A DNA stretch of 64,000 nt from Tepidisphaera sp. (GCA_050916045.1 CP051526.1:4000001-4064000); one strand, 5' to 3'; shown: positions 18,837 through 29,408, counted from the first letter of the stretch. Notes: generated from the sequence alone by a model not told the origin. Made by a program: numbers and translations.

Positions 18837-20210
18837 TCACTTCGACCCGTCATCCCCCGCCGGCTTGATGTCAAACGGCAAGCTCGGGCGCGGACGCTTG
18901 GGAAGCTTCTCCCGCTGTGCCTCGGTCAGGAGCCCGCGGACGGTCTTGACGACCTCCTTGTCCGCTTCCCGCATCTTGTCGCGTGGGTTCTCCGACGAAT
19001 AGAGCTTGTTCATCCGTTCCATCACCTTGGCGCGGGACTCTTCGTCCTTCGCTCCCATGAAATCCGCTTGCACACTCTGCTGCTCGATCATCCGCTCGAC
19101 GGCTTTCGGCCGCAGCTCCTTGAACTTCGCGGCATGCTCCTCCCGTATCTGCTTGATCTTCTCCCGCTGTTCATCCGTCAGGTCTGTCATCGCGGAAGCC
19201 GCCTCGAGCAGACGTTCGCTGTGCATCACGCGATAGATCGCGGGGTACGCCCGAGCGTTGAAGTCCTCCATGAACGCAACCTTCGTCACATCGGGAAGCA
19301 CCGAAGCGATGGCGTTCACCGCGATCTCATTGGCTTTCCGGACGCGCTCGGCGACCTGCGAAGCCTCGCCCATCATCTTCATCATGTCCTGGGTTTCTTC
19401 CTCCGTCGGCTCGTTGTTCATGCCGATGGCTCGCATCTTCGAATCAAGCGGCGCGACGATCCTCGCCAGTTCATCCAAAGCGAAATCCAGCGACTCGAGC
19501 GCCTGCACGACGTGCTTGGCCTGCAGTTCTCCCGGTTGCTCCATCCCCTTCTTCGCGAGCGTCCCCTCGATCGTCGCGCGAACATCCACCAGCGAACCCG
19601 GCGCCATCATCAGAACCTGCGATCGCATCAGCACGTTCCGCCGCTCGGCCATCTCGACTTTCGGCCACTGCTCAAGCTGCGCCGTCGTCGCGAGCGATTT
19701 CAGGTCCTCCATCACGCCCTTGGCCATCGCTTCCCGCTCGGCTTGAATCTCCAGAGCGGCTTTCTTCAGCTCCTCGACGTTCTCCGGGTCCTTGGGGCCT
19801 TCTCCCCGACCGATCGATTCGCCCAGATCCTTGAAAGCCTTGACCATCAGCTCCTGCATCGGCTTGCCCTTGGCTTCGTAGTTCTCAAGCCGCTGGGCGT
19901 ACACGGTCTCGGCCGCTTCCGTCTGATCCTTGTCAAGAGCCAGGATCTTGATGAACATCTTGAAGTCGGCCTTCGTGACGCTCGGGCCGAACATCGCGCC
20001 GAAGACCCCTTCCCCGGACGTCATCCCCGCGGGGTTGAAGTCCATGGGCATGTCCTCGAACATCTCCTCCATCTGCTGCGCGGCCCGCTCCGCCGCTTCG
20101 ATCGCCGCCGGATCGGCCGCCGGCTGATCCTGAGCTTGGACGCTCACCGCAAAGCCCGCGCACAGCGCCAAAGCCGCCGCCCCGACCAATCGCTTGAGCA
20201 TCCCGCGCAT
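18837..20210 (-). CDS. hypothetical exported alpha-helical protein (Spy/CpxP LTxxQ-like repeats)
   Basis: Signal peptide VQA-Q, AAGGAGG SD, Met/Glu-rich helices, LTDEQREKI and LLTEAQREKL. Confidence 0.7.
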   Translation of the reverse strand: MRGMLKRLVGAAALALCAGFAVSVQAQDQPAADPAAIEAAERAAQQMEEMFEDMPMDFNPAGMTSGEGVFGAMFGPSVTKADFKMFIKILALDKDQTEAAETVYAQRLENYEAKGKPMQELMVKAFKDLGESIGRGEGPKDPENVEELKKAALEIQAEREAMAKGVMEDLKSLATTAQLEQWPKVEMAERRNVLMRSQVLMMAPGSLVDVRATIEGTLAKKGMEQPGELQAKHVVQALESLDFALDELARIVAPLDSKMRAIGMNNEPTEEETQDMMKMMGEASQVAERVRKANEIAVNAIASVLPDVTKVAFMEDFNARAYPAIYRVMHSERLLEAASAMTDLTDEQREKIKQIREEHAAKFKELRPKAVERMIEQQSVQADFMGAKDEESRAKVMERMNKLYSSENPRDKMREADKEVVKTVRGLLTEAQREKLPKRPRPSLPFDIKPAGDDGSK

Positions 20211-20319
20211 GATGACCTCCTTGGAGAATTACGAACCACGGCCGCGCTCGTGGCGGCTTGCCCAATATAACCACAATCACCCAAAAGAGTTGCGAAACCC
20301 CGCGATCCCGGACGCTTCG

Positions 20320-22308
20320 TCAGACCACCCGATCTTCCTTCGCAATCCCGAGCGCCGGCCGTACATCGACCTGCACCAGCACCGCCCCGGTCTTCTCCCG
20401 GTGCAGTTGCTTGGCCGTCTCCGGATCAACGTAATCGCTGTGGCACGAAGCCTTGTCCCCCGGCTTCTCCGCGCCCACCGCTTTCTTCGTCTTGCTCGCA
20501 AGCTTGTGGATCTCATCAGGCGACAAAACGCCCCGCTTCTCGAGGATCTCCTGCTGCTCGGGCGTCAGAGCGGCCGACTTCACAGGCTTCCCGCGCTCGA
20601 ACCCCTCCGCTTTCCCGCTCATGAACTCCTGGATCTCCTTGCTGATGCGCACCGAGCACCAGTCGTGCCCGCACATCGCGCAGAAGTCCGTATCGACGTC
20701 CAAATCCTCATCGTGGTACGCCCGGGCCGTGTCGGGATCAAAGCTCAGCTCGAAGTGCTTCTCCCAGTTCAGCGCCGCCCGCGCCTTCGTCAACTCATCA
20801 TCCCGGTCCCGCGTCCCGGGAATCCCCAAGGCCACGTCCGCCGCATGCGCCGCGATCTTGTACGCGATGCATCCCTGCTTCACATCGTCCTTCTTCGGCA
20901 AGCCCAGATGCTCCTTCGGCGTCACATAGCACAGCATCGCCGCCCCGTGGTACGCCATCGCCGTCGCGCCGATGCAGCTCGTGATGTGGTCATACCCCGG
21001 GAACATGTCCGTCACCAGCGGCCCAAGCACATAGAACGGCGCCCCGTGGCAAAGCGTCCGCTGCACCTTCGCGTTCCACTCGATCTGATCAAACGGCACG
21101 TGCCCCGGCCCCTCGATCATCACCTGCACACCCTGCTTCCACGCCCGCTCGGTCAATTCGCCAAGCGTCTCAAGCTCCGCGATCTGCGCCGCGTCCGTCG
21201 CGTCCGCCAAACCGCCCGGCCGCAGGCCATCGCCGATCGAGAACGTCACGTCGTACTGCCGGAGGATCTTGCAGATGTCCTCCCACCGCGTGTACATGAT
21301 GTTCTCCTGGTTGTGGACCAGCATCCACTTCGCCAGGAGACTCCCGCCGCGGCTCACAATCCCGATCAGCCGGTTCTTCACATGCTTGAGGTGCGCCCGC
21401 CGCACGCCCGCGTGGATCGTGAAATAATCGACGCCCTGCTTGGCTTGATGGTGCAGCGAAGCCTCGATCGTCGGCCAATCCAGGTCCTCGATCTTCTTCC
21501 CGATGATCATCGAGTAGATCGGCACCGTCCCGATCGGCACCGTGCTGTTGCGGATGATCGCGTCGCGGCACGCATCCAGATCCCCGCCCGTCGACAGATC
21601 CATGACCGTGTCCGCCCCCCACTTCTCCGCCCACTTGAGCTTCTCAACCTCTTCCTCCGTCCCCGACGAGACCGGCGAAGCACCCATGTTCGCGTTGACC
21701 TTCGTCTTGCTCGCCCGGCCGATCGCCATCGGATCAAGCTTGTACTTCAGGTGGTTGATGTTCGCGGGAATCACCAAGCGGCCCGCCGCGATCTCATCGC
21801 GCACCGCTTCGGCCCCCCTGCCGCCCGAAAGCTCATCAAAGTGCGGCTCGCGCTCGGCCACACGCTTCATCTGCGGCGTCACGCGGCCCAGCCGGGCCCA
21901 CTCAAGCTGCGTCACCGGCGTGAAATTCTTCGGGTACCGCACCTCGAGAATCTCGCCCTTCGCCGTCGCGAACGTCACCGACGGGTGCGACCCCTCAAAG
22001 CACGGAGCTTCGCAGTACCCGTCAAGCTTGGTCCCCGCCGGCATCGTCCGCACGCTCCACCCCTCGGACAGGAAGTCCCACGCCGTCTTCGCGCTCGGCG
22101 CCGGCATGCCCGGAGCATCCGGCGAAGAGAACATCAGCGGCCCGCCAAGGTCAGGAGCGTTCGCGAAGCTTCCGGGCGTCGTCACCCCGCCCGTGCGGCC
22201 GGGGTTCATCCCACCACGGAGAGGAGGAAGAAACCGAACACGCTCCGACGAGCCCGCAGCGCCAGCAAGGGGGGTTCCGTCAGACGTGGCGCGATCAAGA
22301 ATCGACAT
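20320..22308 (-). CDS. thiC: phosphomethylpyrimidine synthase
   Basis: [56 protein letters not shown] 7 nt before ATG 22308. Confidence 0.97.
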   Translation of the reverse strand: MSILDRATSDGTPLAGAAGSSERVRFLPPLRGGMNPGRTGGVTTPGSFANAPDLGGPLMFSSPDAPGMPAPSAKTAWDFLSEGWSVRTMPAGTKLDGYCEAPCFEGSHPSVTFATAKGEILEVRYPKNFTPVTQLEWARLGRVTPQMKRVAEREPHFDELSGGRGAEAVRDEIAAGRLVIPANINHLKYKLDPMAIGRASKTKVNANMGASPVSSGTEEEVEKLKWAEKWGADTVMDLSTGGDLDACRDAIIRNSTVPIGTVPIYSMIIGKKIEDLDWPTIEASLHHQAKQGVDYFTIHAGVRRAHLKHVKNRLIGIVSRGGSLLAKWMLVHNQENIMYTRWEDICKILRQYDVTFSIGDGLRPGGLADATDAAQIAELETLGELTERAWKQGVQVMIEGPGHVPFDQIEWNAKVQRTLCHGAPFYVLGPLVTDMFPGYDHITSCIGATAMAYHGAAMLCYVTPKEHLGLPKKDDVKQGCIAYKIAAHAADVALGIPGTRDRDDELTKARAALNWEKHFELSFDPDTARAYHDEDLDVDTDFCAMCGHDWCSVRISKEIQEFMSGKAEGFERGKPVKSAALTPEQQEILEKRGVLSPDEIHKLASKTKKAVGAEKPGDKASCHSDYVDPETAKQLHREKTGAVLVQVDVRPALGIAKEDRVV

Positions 22309-22383
22309 CGGCAAGCCTCCTCGTCGGCTCGCCAGACAGGTTCAACGCGCTCGCTCGAATGCCCCGAAAGGGACACGCCGCAA

Positions 22384-22497
22384 GCTCGCTTCCCTCCGCC
22401 GGTGCGAACCGGATCAGGTTCAACGGGTGCATCTCAGCAAGCCTGAATCCCGGAGCATCACGCTCCGAAACCACCTCAGGCTCGCGCCCCGAGCGAA
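22384..22497 (-). promoter_or_regulatory. TPP riboswitch
   Basis: Minus strand CTCGGGGCGC...GCTGAGATGCACCCGTTGAACCTGATCCGGTTCGCACCGGCGGAGGGAAGCGAG, matching the THI-box core upstream of thiC; TATGAT -10 just before it. Confidence 0.95.
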
Positions 22498-22558
22498 CGC
22501 TCAATCATAGACCCCGGACCACCCTCGCTCCCGCCCCCCAGATCTCACCCAAACCCCC

Positions 22559-23308
22559 TCACTTCTTCTTCGCCATCTTCGCCGCCACCGCCGCCACAAT
22601 CCCAAGCCCGCCCCCGATCGCCGCCGTCACCAGCGTGCGGCTGAAGTCAAACCCCGTCTTCTTCGCCACAAACGCCGACCCCGCATCCACCACCACGCCA
22701 TCCGCCATGCTCTCAAACGACGCAAGCCGGGCGTCGAACCCCGCCGCCGGCGCGTAACAGTGAAGCATGAACGACCCGTTCGCCGTCAAGAACCCGTACG
22801 ACACGCCGAGCACCCGCGTCCCGTCCGGCGCCGTCACGTCCGTCTTGAACACGAACCGCCCCCGCTCACGATCAAGCGACCCCTCGCCGATGCTCATCTC
22901 CCGCACCATGCTCCCCATCGCCTGACGCGTCTTCTCATCCACATCCTGAAGCTTCATCCCAAGCGAACGCTCGATCTCCTCATAGCTCGGCGTCCCCTTC
23001 CACGGCAGCGACTGAAGCAGCGCATAGCTCCCGTCCGGCTTCGCCGGCGCGAGCGCCGCCGCATACACCGGAGCCTGCGCCCCCATGCTCTGGCGGATCG
23101 AAGCGTTCGCTTCCTCGACAACCTCCCTCGGCGCAACCTTCCAATCCGCCGGAATCGTGACCGTCACGCCCAACCCCGCATCGCGATGCGTCTCCTGCGC
23201 CCGCGTGACCGACGGCGCGGCGATCGCCGCAATCCAAAACGACATCCAAACCACCCACGACATGTTCACGGCGTTTCTCACAAGCTTGTTCCTCAGGGAA
23301 TGCCTCAC
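22559..23308 (-). CDS. hypothetical exported protein with C-terminal membrane anchor
   Basis: Signal-like segment ending TRA-Q, C-terminal hydrophobic helix followed by KKK; GTGA overlap with the upstream gene. Confidence 0.6.
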   Translation of the reverse strand: MRHSLRNKLVRNAVNMSWVVWMSFWIAAIAAPSVTRAQETHRDAGLGVTVTIPADWKVAPREVVEEANASIRQSMGAQAPVYAAALAPAKPDGSYALLQSLPWKGTPSYEEIERSLGMKLQDVDEKTRQAMGSMVREMSIGEGSLDRERGRFVFKTDVTAPDGTRVLGVSYGFLTANGSFMLHCYAPAAGFDARLASFESMADGVVVDAGSAFVAKKTGFDFSRTLVTAAIGGGLGIVAAVAAKMAKKK

Positions 23309-24171
23309 CGTAGGCCACCACGCCGCGATTCCTCATCGCCCGTGAACCCAAGCTTCCGAGCCGCGGCAACGTTCACCAAACGGCTGAGATCTCGCACATA
23401 CCCGCGGCGGCATACTTCCGGATCAAGCCCCGGCGGCGGCCGGAGGATTCCCTGCGCGAGTGAAAGAAAGCTCGCGATCTCGCCCCGCTCGTCCATCCGA
23501 AGTTCGTCCTGAAGCGTCAGGGTCGTGTGCCCGCGACGGATCATCTCAACCTCGCGAGCGGCGATCGCGATGAGCGGGGTCTCAGTCGCAAGGTCCTTCC
23601 CGGCAAGCTTGGCGGCGGCCACGTAGAAGCCGCGAAGCACCTCTTCTCGCACCGCACCCCCCGGCCCCTCGCCGTGCCGCGGCTTGCGAAATCGCCCCTC
23701 CGCCACCTCGTACACCATCTCGCTTGCGTCTTCGTACGACTCGTGCGTCAGAAAGACATCACAGCCCATCGACTCGCCCATCCGAACCATCAGCTCCGCC
23801 AATCCCGCGTACCGCTCCGCATTCACGTCGCGCGACGGTCCGGAGAGTTCGATGAAGTCCGGTCCGTAGAAGTGAACCACCATCTCAAGCCCGAGCACAT
23901 CAAGCCTGAGCGATGGCCACGGTCCGTCGTCCGAGCCGCCCTTTACGATCACACCCAACCCATCCGCTGGCAGCGGCTCCGCCCGCTCACCCTCCTCGGT
24001 GAGCCACGCGAACCGATACGCATAAAGCGGAACCACGCCCGAAAGAAACCCCGCCCATGCCTCGGCCGTCGCATCAGGGACCGCCAGATCGAAAAGCTGC
24101 CCAAGCTCTTCTTCCGCGAAGAGCTCACGCATCGCTTCAAATGGAAGTGGAATTGCCAGAACGCCGCCCAA
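23305..24171 (-). CDS. hypothetical protein
   Basis: 288-aa ORF with protein-like composition, coupled to the downstream gene; start codon uncertain. Confidence 0.5.
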   Translation of the reverse strand: MGGVLAIPLPFEAMRELFAEEELGQLFDLAVPDATAEAWAGFLSGVVPLYAYRFAWLTEEGERAEPLPADGLGVIVKGGSDDGPWPSLRLDVLGLEMVVHFYGPDFIELSGPSRDVNAERYAGLAELMVRMGESMGCDVFLTHESYEDASEMVYEVAEGRFRKPRHGEGPGGAVREEVLRGFYVAAAKLAGKDLATETPLIAIAAREVEMIRRGHTTLTLQDELRMDERGEIASFLSLAQGILRPPPGLDPEVCRRGYVRDLSRLVNVAAARKLGFTGDEESRRGGLR

Positions 24172-24448
24172 CAGCGATCAACCCTCTCACCCCGACCGCA
24201 ACCCGATCGCGGCGGATGCGATCGCCTGGATCAAGATAACAGGGCCCCGCCGTCCAGACCCGAAGCGGCGGGCGAGGAAATGAAGGATAATCGACGAGTC
24301 ACCCCCCGTCACGGGGCGATACATGTCGGCGCGGCGTCACGGAAGCGGTTTCCGGGACGTTGCAAGTTTCAGGGGTCCGGCGGGCGGCCCGGGAGGACTG
24401 ACGGCTGTAGCCTGCGAACAATCGCCGCACGCGGGCGTCCCGCTTCTC

Positions 24449-25618
24449 ATGCGAATCCTCCACGTCATCCGCCGCCTCGACCCCTATGAAGGAGGCCCCC
24501 CCGCCGTCGTTTCACGGCTGGCGGCGGCCCAAGCTTCCATGCGCGCGGCGGGGGCCGGTAACGCGCCCGGCGGCCACGACGTCTCGGTCCTCCACCATCC
24601 CGCCGGCTCGCGCGGTCCCGCGTTTGACGCCATTCCCGGGTTCGGCCTGGTCAAGCGCCACGAGATCCCCGAGCCCAAGCTCGCCGCGTGGCTTGATGCC
24701 AACCTCAAATCCTTCGATGTCCTCCACCTTCACGGCGTCTGGGATTCGATCCTCGTCACCGCCGCTTCCAAAGCACGTGCTTCCGGCGTCCCCTACGCCG
24801 TCGTGCCTCACGGCATGCTCGACCCCTGGTCCCTCAACCAGCAGGGCCTCCTCAAGTCCATCAAGAAGAAGGTCTCCCTCGCGCTGACGCACCGGTCTTT
24901 CCTCAACGGCGCTGCTTTCCTCCACGTGCTCAACGCCGACGAGGGCCGCTTGCTCGCGCCACTCAAGCTCAAGCCCGAGCCCATCGTCATCCCCAACGGC
25001 ATCTTCCTCGAGGAAGTGACGCCCCTTCCCCCCGCCGGCACCTTCCGAGCCAAACACCCCGAGCTCGGTTCGGACCCCTACATCCTCTTCCTCTCACGCC
25101 TCCATCACAAGAAGGGCCTCGACGTTCTCGCCGAAGCGTTCGCGCTCGTCGTCAAGGACATGCCCAATGCCCGCCTCGTCGTCGCCGGCCCCGACGGCGG
25201 CGCGGAAGCCCCCTTCCGCTCGCAGATCCAGCGACTCGGCCTCGCCAATCGCGTCCACCTCACCGGCCCGCTCTTCGGCACCGACAAACTCGCCGTCTTC
25301 CGCGACGCAAGCGTCTTCTGCCTCGCAAGCCGCCAGGAAGGCTTCAGCATGGCCGTCACCGAAGCCCTCGGCTGCCGCTGCCCCGTCGTCATCTCCGACC
25401 AGTGCCACTTCCCCGATGTCGACGAGGTGAAAGCCGGCTTCGTCGTGCCGCTCAGCGCCCCCGCCACCGCCGCCGCACTCCTCAAGATCCTCCGCATGCC
25501 CGCGCACGAAGGGCAAGCCATGGGCGCCCGCGGCCACGACCTCGTCGCCGCCCGCTACACCTGGCCCGCCATCGCCGCCCAGTCCATCAGCGTCTACGAA
25601 CGCCTCCTCCGCAAGTGA
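24449..25618 (+). CDS. glycosyltransferase family 4
   Basis: MRILHVI..GGPP, PHGMLDPW, IPNG, LSRLHHKKGLD, SRQEGFSMAVTEAL (ExxxxxxxE). Confidence 0.92.
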   Translation: MRILHVIRRLDPYEGGPPAVVSRLAAAQASMRAAGAGNAPGGHDVSVLHHPAGSRGPAFDAIPGFGLVKRHEIPEPKLAAWLDANLKSFDVLHLHGVWDSILVTAASKARASGVPYAVVPHGMLDPWSLNQQGLLKSIKKKVSLALTHRSFLNGAAFLHVLNADEGRLLAPLKLKPEPIVIPNGIFLEEVTPLPPAGTFRAKHPELGSDPYILFLSRLHHKKGLDVLAEAFALVVKDMPNARLVVAGPDGGAEAPFRSQIQRLGLANRVHLTGPLFGTDKLAVFRDASVFCLASRQEGFSMAVTEALGCRCPVVISDQCHFPDVDEVKAGFVVPLSAPATAAALLKILRMPAHEGQAMGARGHDLVAARYTWPAIAAQSISVYERLLRK

Positions 25619-25641
25619 ACCGCTCTCCACGCACCCGCCGC

Positions 25642-25738
25642 AAAAGTGGAGCGGCCGCACGCTGACGCGTGCGGCCGCCCGGAGGGAGAAGAGAGAGACC
25701 GTCCTCGCGACGACCCAGCCGCCGCGCGTGAAATCAGT
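25642..25738 (-). ncRNA. candidate small RNA (~95 nt)
   Basis: Own promoter TTGACA(25775-25770)-N18-CATAAT(25751-25746) with an AT-rich upstream tract, a hairpin, a CU-rich single strand, then a 12-bp GC hairpin and CACUUUU. No ORF. Confidence 0.55.
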
Positions 25739-25818
25739 GGTGCGGATTATGGCCGCAACCTGGTCGGTTTGTCAAACTGGGTAATTTAAGTTTTGTTCGG
25801 CATCCGGCCGGGCTTTGC

Positions 25819-27009
25819 TCAGAACCGTGTCGCGAGCCGCACGAACATCTCGACCCCCGTCGGGATCGCCGCGTCGTTGAAGTCAAAGTCCGGCTGGTGA
25901 AGCGTCGGCGAGCGATCCATCCCCTCCGGCCGCAAGCCCAGGAAGAAGAAGCACGCCGGCACCCGCTGGCCGTAATAGCTGAAATCCTCACCGCCCATCG
26001 TCGGCTGATCGACCTCGCCCACGCGCCCTTCGCCGAGCGCCGCTTTCGCGATCTTGAAGAACTCACCCACCAAGTGCGCATCGTTGTGCGTCACCGGATA
26101 ACTCTCGCGGTACGTGACGTCGGCTTTGCAGCCAAGCCCGGCCGCGATCGACTCGGCGATCTGGATGAACCGCTGCTTGGCGAGCGCGCGGGTCGAATCC
26201 TTCAGCGTGCGCACGGTCCAGTGCGTCCAGCACGATTCGGGGATGATGTTGTTCGCCGTGCCGGCTTTGATCTCGCCGCAGGTCACCACGACCGAATCAA
26301 GCGGGCTGACGTTTCGGCTCGCGATGGTCTGCATCGCCGTGACGATCTGCGCCGTCGCCGTGATGCAGTCGAATCCCTGGTGCGGATAGGCCCCGTGGCT
26401 TTGCACGCCGCGCACGGTCAGTTCCACGTCATCCACGCTCGCCAAAAGCGGGCCCACGCGCGTCGCGACGTGCCCGACAGGGTACGTCGGCCAGCCGTGC
26501 AGGCCGTGGATCTCGCCCACACCCTCCAGCGCGCCCTCCTCGCACATCCGCTGCCCGCCGGCGCCGCCCTCTTCCGCCGGCTGGAACACGAACACGACCG
26601 GCCTCGGCCGGTGCGGCATCGCCGCGAGCACCCGCGCGGCACCGATCAGCATCGTGGTGTGGCCGTCGTGCCCGCACGCGTGCATCTTGCCCGGGATGCA
26701 GCTCGCGTACGGCTTGCCTGTCTGCTCCATGATCGGGAGCGCATCCATGTCGGCCCGGAGCGCGATCGCGGGAAGCTTGTCCCCCTCGGGGGTCGTCGCG
26801 GCGAGGCGAGCGACCACGCCGGTCTTGGCCACGCCGTCCCGGAACGGGATGTTGAGGCGGGCGAGTTGCCGCTGGACCACGCCGCTCGTGCGCACTTCCT
26901 CGTAGTTCAGCTCGGGGTGCTGGTGGAGGTCGTGGCGGATCTCGATGAGGTCCTTGATCTCGCGGGCGATGAGCGTGCGGATGTCGTCTCGGGTGGCGGC
27001 CATGGGCAT
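25819..27009 (-). CDS. M20D family amidohydrolase
   Basis: RHDLHQHPEL, RADMDALP, MHACGHDGH, FQPAEEG, GEDFSYY, LHQPDF. Confidence 0.92.
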   Translation of the reverse strand: MPMAATRDDIRTLIAREIKDLIEIRHDLHQHPELNYEEVRTSGVVQRQLARLNIPFRDGVAKTGVVARLAATTPEGDKLPAIALRADMDALPIMEQTGKPYASCIPGKMHACGHDGHTTMLIGAARVLAAMPHRPRPVVFVFQPAEEGGAGGQRMCEEGALEGVGEIHGLHGWPTYPVGHVATRVGPLLASVDDVELTVRGVQSHGAYPHQGFDCITATAQIVTAMQTIASRNVSPLDSVVVTCGEIKAGTANNIIPESCWTHWTVRTLKDSTRALAKQRFIQIAESIAAGLGCKADVTYRESYPVTHNDAHLVGEFFKIAKAALGEGRVGEVDQPTMGGEDFSYYGQRVPACFFFLGLRPEGMDRSPTLHQPDFDFNDAAIPTGVEMFVRLATRF

Positions 27010-27050
27010 AAGGGGATGATAGGGACCGGCCGGAAGTCGCTCCCGAACCG

Positions 27051-28217
27051 CTACTTACCCAGAATCTCATCGATGATGCGGATCGCGGCTTCCTCGGCTT
27101 CGGCGACCTTGGCGTAGTCCACCTCGGCCGGGGTGGGGATGGCGAGGTCCTTGAACTTTTTCGCCAGATCCGGCCGGATGGGCACGTTGCGGCTTTCGCT
27201 CTCGGCGAGCATCTGCTCCACCTCGGGCGAAAGCAGGAAGTCCGCGAGCTTGTTGCCGGCGGTCGCGTTCGGCGAAGCCAGCACCCGCCCAACCGTGTTG
27301 GGAAGCACCAGCGTACCCAGGCTCGGGATCAGCCCGGTTCCCGGCTTCTGCTTGATCATGGTCGTCTCGCGCAGCGTGTCGGCGCCCTCGTACACCAGAT
27401 CGACCGGCCACTTCTCGCGCTGCCCGACCCATACATCGTCGGTATCGGTCAATCCGACGGCGATGTCGCCGCGGCCCAGAGCCTGCACCACCGCCGAGTT
27501 GCTCGCGAGGATCTGGACGCGGTTGGCCCGCAGCGCCTGGAACCACGCGCGGAACTCGGCTTCCCCCGCGATGTGATAGAGGTACGCCATGTGCGACCGC
27601 GTCGTGCCAAAGTGCGGATCCGCGATGCCGACCTTGCCGGCAAGGTCGGGCCTGAGCAGGTCTCGCATCCTCATCGGAGCGCGAGCTTTGTTCAACTGAC
27701 CGGTGTTGAAAGCGATGACGCGGGCCCGCTGGGCGAACCCGTACCACTTGCGGTCCGCGGGGCGGAGATGCTTGGGCCAGCCGCCGGGCACGGTGACTTC
27801 CGCTTTGCTCGCCCAGGGCGCGAGGACTCCGCTCTGGGCGAGCTTGATCGTCCCGACCACTTCGCTCGACCACCACACGTCGGCTCGCGGGGAGGCTTTC
27901 TCCGACTCAAGCCTCAGCGCGAGCGATCCGCGCGTCGCTTCGGTGTCCGTCACGATCCTGACATCGACGCCGGTCTGGGTTTTGAAGGCATCGACGACCT
28001 TCTGCACCAGCGGCTCATCCGCCGTGGTATAGAGGACGACCTTGGTGCCGTCGTCGACCTTTCGACCGGAACCGCCGAACGCCCACCACGCCATCAGCGG
28101 CAGAAGGACGACCGCCGCCGCGGTGAGCCAGAACGCGACGGTCCGTCCGCGCGATGAGTTCACCCAGGCCCGGACCTTGACCGTGTCGACCTCGTGCTGT
28201 CCGATGTGGAAGATCAT
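27051..28217 (-). CDS. ABC transporter substrate-binding protein (Fe3+/thiamine-type)
   Basis: N-terminal anchor, RLESEKASPRADVWWS, RARVIAFN, VGLTDTDD, FLLSPEVEQMLA. Confidence 0.8.
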   Translation of the reverse strand: MIFHIGQHEVDTVKVRAWVNSSRGRTVAFWLTAAAVVLLPLMAWWAFGGSGRKVDDGTKVVLYTTADEPLVQKVVDAFKTQTGVDVRIVTDTEATRGSLALRLESEKASPRADVWWSSEVVGTIKLAQSGVLAPWASKAEVTVPGGWPKHLRPADRKWYGFAQRARVIAFNTGQLNKARAPMRMRDLLRPDLAGKVGIADPHFGTTRSHMAYLYHIAGEAEFRAWFQALRANRVQILASNSAVVQALGRGDIAVGLTDTDDVWVGQREKWPVDLVYEGADTLRETTMIKQKPGTGLIPSLGTLVLPNTVGRVLASPNATAGNKLADFLLSPEVEQMLAESESRNVPIRPDLAKKFKDLAIPTPAEVDYAKVAEAEEAAIRIIDEILGK

Positions 28218-28228
28218 CGCGTCATCAT

Positions 28229-28263
28229 ACAGAACAGGCCTCCCCCGGGTGGGAGAGGCCTGT
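28229..28263 (-). terminator. putative terminator hairpin
   Basis: Minus strand ACAGGCCTCTCCC-ACCC-GGGGGAGGCCTGT followed by TCTGT. Confidence 0.55.
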
Positions 28264-28331
28264 CGATGAACATGAGCGGATCGGGCGGAGAAGCTCTGCC
28301 TGAAGCTTCACCTCAAGCCGTACCTGGAGCT

Positions 28332-29255
28332 TTACTTGGGGCTTTCGGGCTTGGGGGTCTCGGGCTTGAGCTCTTCGGGCTTGGCTTCACCGGCGGGCGT
28401 TTCGGGGCCGGCGGGAGCGGCGGCGGGCTCCTCATCGACGGGCTTGCCGCTCTTGGCCTGTTCCTTCGCGGCGGCCGTGGCTTTCACGACGTCCTCGCCG
28501 GGGAGGATCATGGCGCCGCGGACGCGGCGCATCTGGGCGAACTGGCTGCTCTGGTCGGCCTGCATCTCCTCGCGGCTGGGGAGCTGGAGGGTGGACATTC
28601 CGATGTACTCGCCCTTGCCGTTGAAGACCGGCATGCCGATCGAGGTGCCGAGTTCGCTGCCGGGGATGGCGAGCTTGCGCGGCTTGGTGATCAGCGAGCG
28701 GATGCGGGACTCGTTGACGATGTGGGCGTGATCGTTGGACTTGGAGAGGCGCTCGATGGTGAGCACGCGGTCGCCCATGACGGCGTCGACCGGCTTGTTG
28801 ATGTCGACGAACGCGAACTTCTTGTTGTCCTTGTTGGTGATCTGGAGCCACGCGAGGTCGAGCTCGCTGTCGCGGGCGATGAGGGTGGCGTCCACGCCTT
28901 CCTGGTCGCCGCTGATCATGACCTTGATCTCCAGAGGCTTGCGGTTCCCGCCCATCATCTGCTTGATGGACTCAGGGAACCCGCCCATGAAGTAGTTGGA
29001 GGTGAGGACCAGCCCTGACTCCTCGATCATGACGCCCTGGACTTCCTCCTCGGCTTCGCTGTCCTCTTCCTTGAGGATGTACTTGATCGTCACGATCGCG
29101 TCGCCGCGCTCCTTGACGAGCTTGCCGTAGATCTCGCCGTCATCCGCCACCGCCGCGGGAGCGGCCGAGGTCGTGACGGCGGTCGTGGAAGCCGGAGCGA
29201 AGGCGAAGAGGCCGCCGGCGACAGCGACGAGGGTTGCGAGATGCCAAGCTTTCAT
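28332..29255 (-). CDS. exported trypsin-like (S1) fold protein, probably catalytically inactive
   Basis: GVMIEESGLVLTSNYF, DSELDLAWL, TSIGMPVFNGKGEYIGM align to the HtrA protease domain but lack the His and the GNSGG motif; signal peptide; AAGGAAAGGA SD. Confidence 0.75.
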   Translation of the reverse strand: MKAWHLATLVAVAGGLFAFAPASTTAVTTSAAPAAVADDGEIYGKLVKERGDAIVTIKYILKEEDSEAEEEVQGVMIEESGLVLTSNYFMGGFPESIKQMMGGNRKPLEIKVMISGDQEGVDATLIARDSELDLAWLQITNKDNKKFAFVDINKPVDAVMGDRVLTIERLSKSNDHAHIVNESRIRSLITKPRKLAIPGSELGTSIGMPVFNGKGEYIGMSTLQLPSREEMQADQSSQFAQMRRVRGAMILPGEDVVKATAAAKEQAKSGKPVDEEPAAAPAGPETPAGEAKPEELKPETPKPESPK

Positions 29256-29364
29256 AAGGGTCCTTTCCTTCCGGGCCGCGCATCGGCGCGACGCGGGGTT
29301 CCGCGGCTCACACCGGCGCGCGCCGGCGGCCCGCATGGTAGGTGGGTCTCGGTCGCCGGCGGGG

Positions 29365-29406
29365 CCGATCAACCGCGTTTTCCGGGGCCATCCTGAACAA
29401 ACGAGC
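29365..29406. repeat. 3' arm of imperfect inverted repeat bracketing the HtrA gene
   Basis: CCGATCAACCGC-GTTTTCCGG-GGCC...AACAAACGAGC resembles the reverse complement of 31551-31591. Confidence 0.7.
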
Positions 29407-29408
29407 GG

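Noticed and set aside
20281..22320. Possible stalks for thiC (GGAGGCUU / AAGCGUCC, 7 of 8), and also for lpdA, acs, the pseudo-protease, the Wzy-like gene and the H1-like gene
   Set aside because: Matches are short, gapped or buried in terminator hairpins, and cannot be told from chance by eye. Worth including in a computational test but not claimed.
25681..25700. Pairing of the candidate sRNA CU tract with the H1-like gene leader
   Set aside because: A low-complexity match of about 9 pairs that would fit many G/A-rich leaders; not specific.
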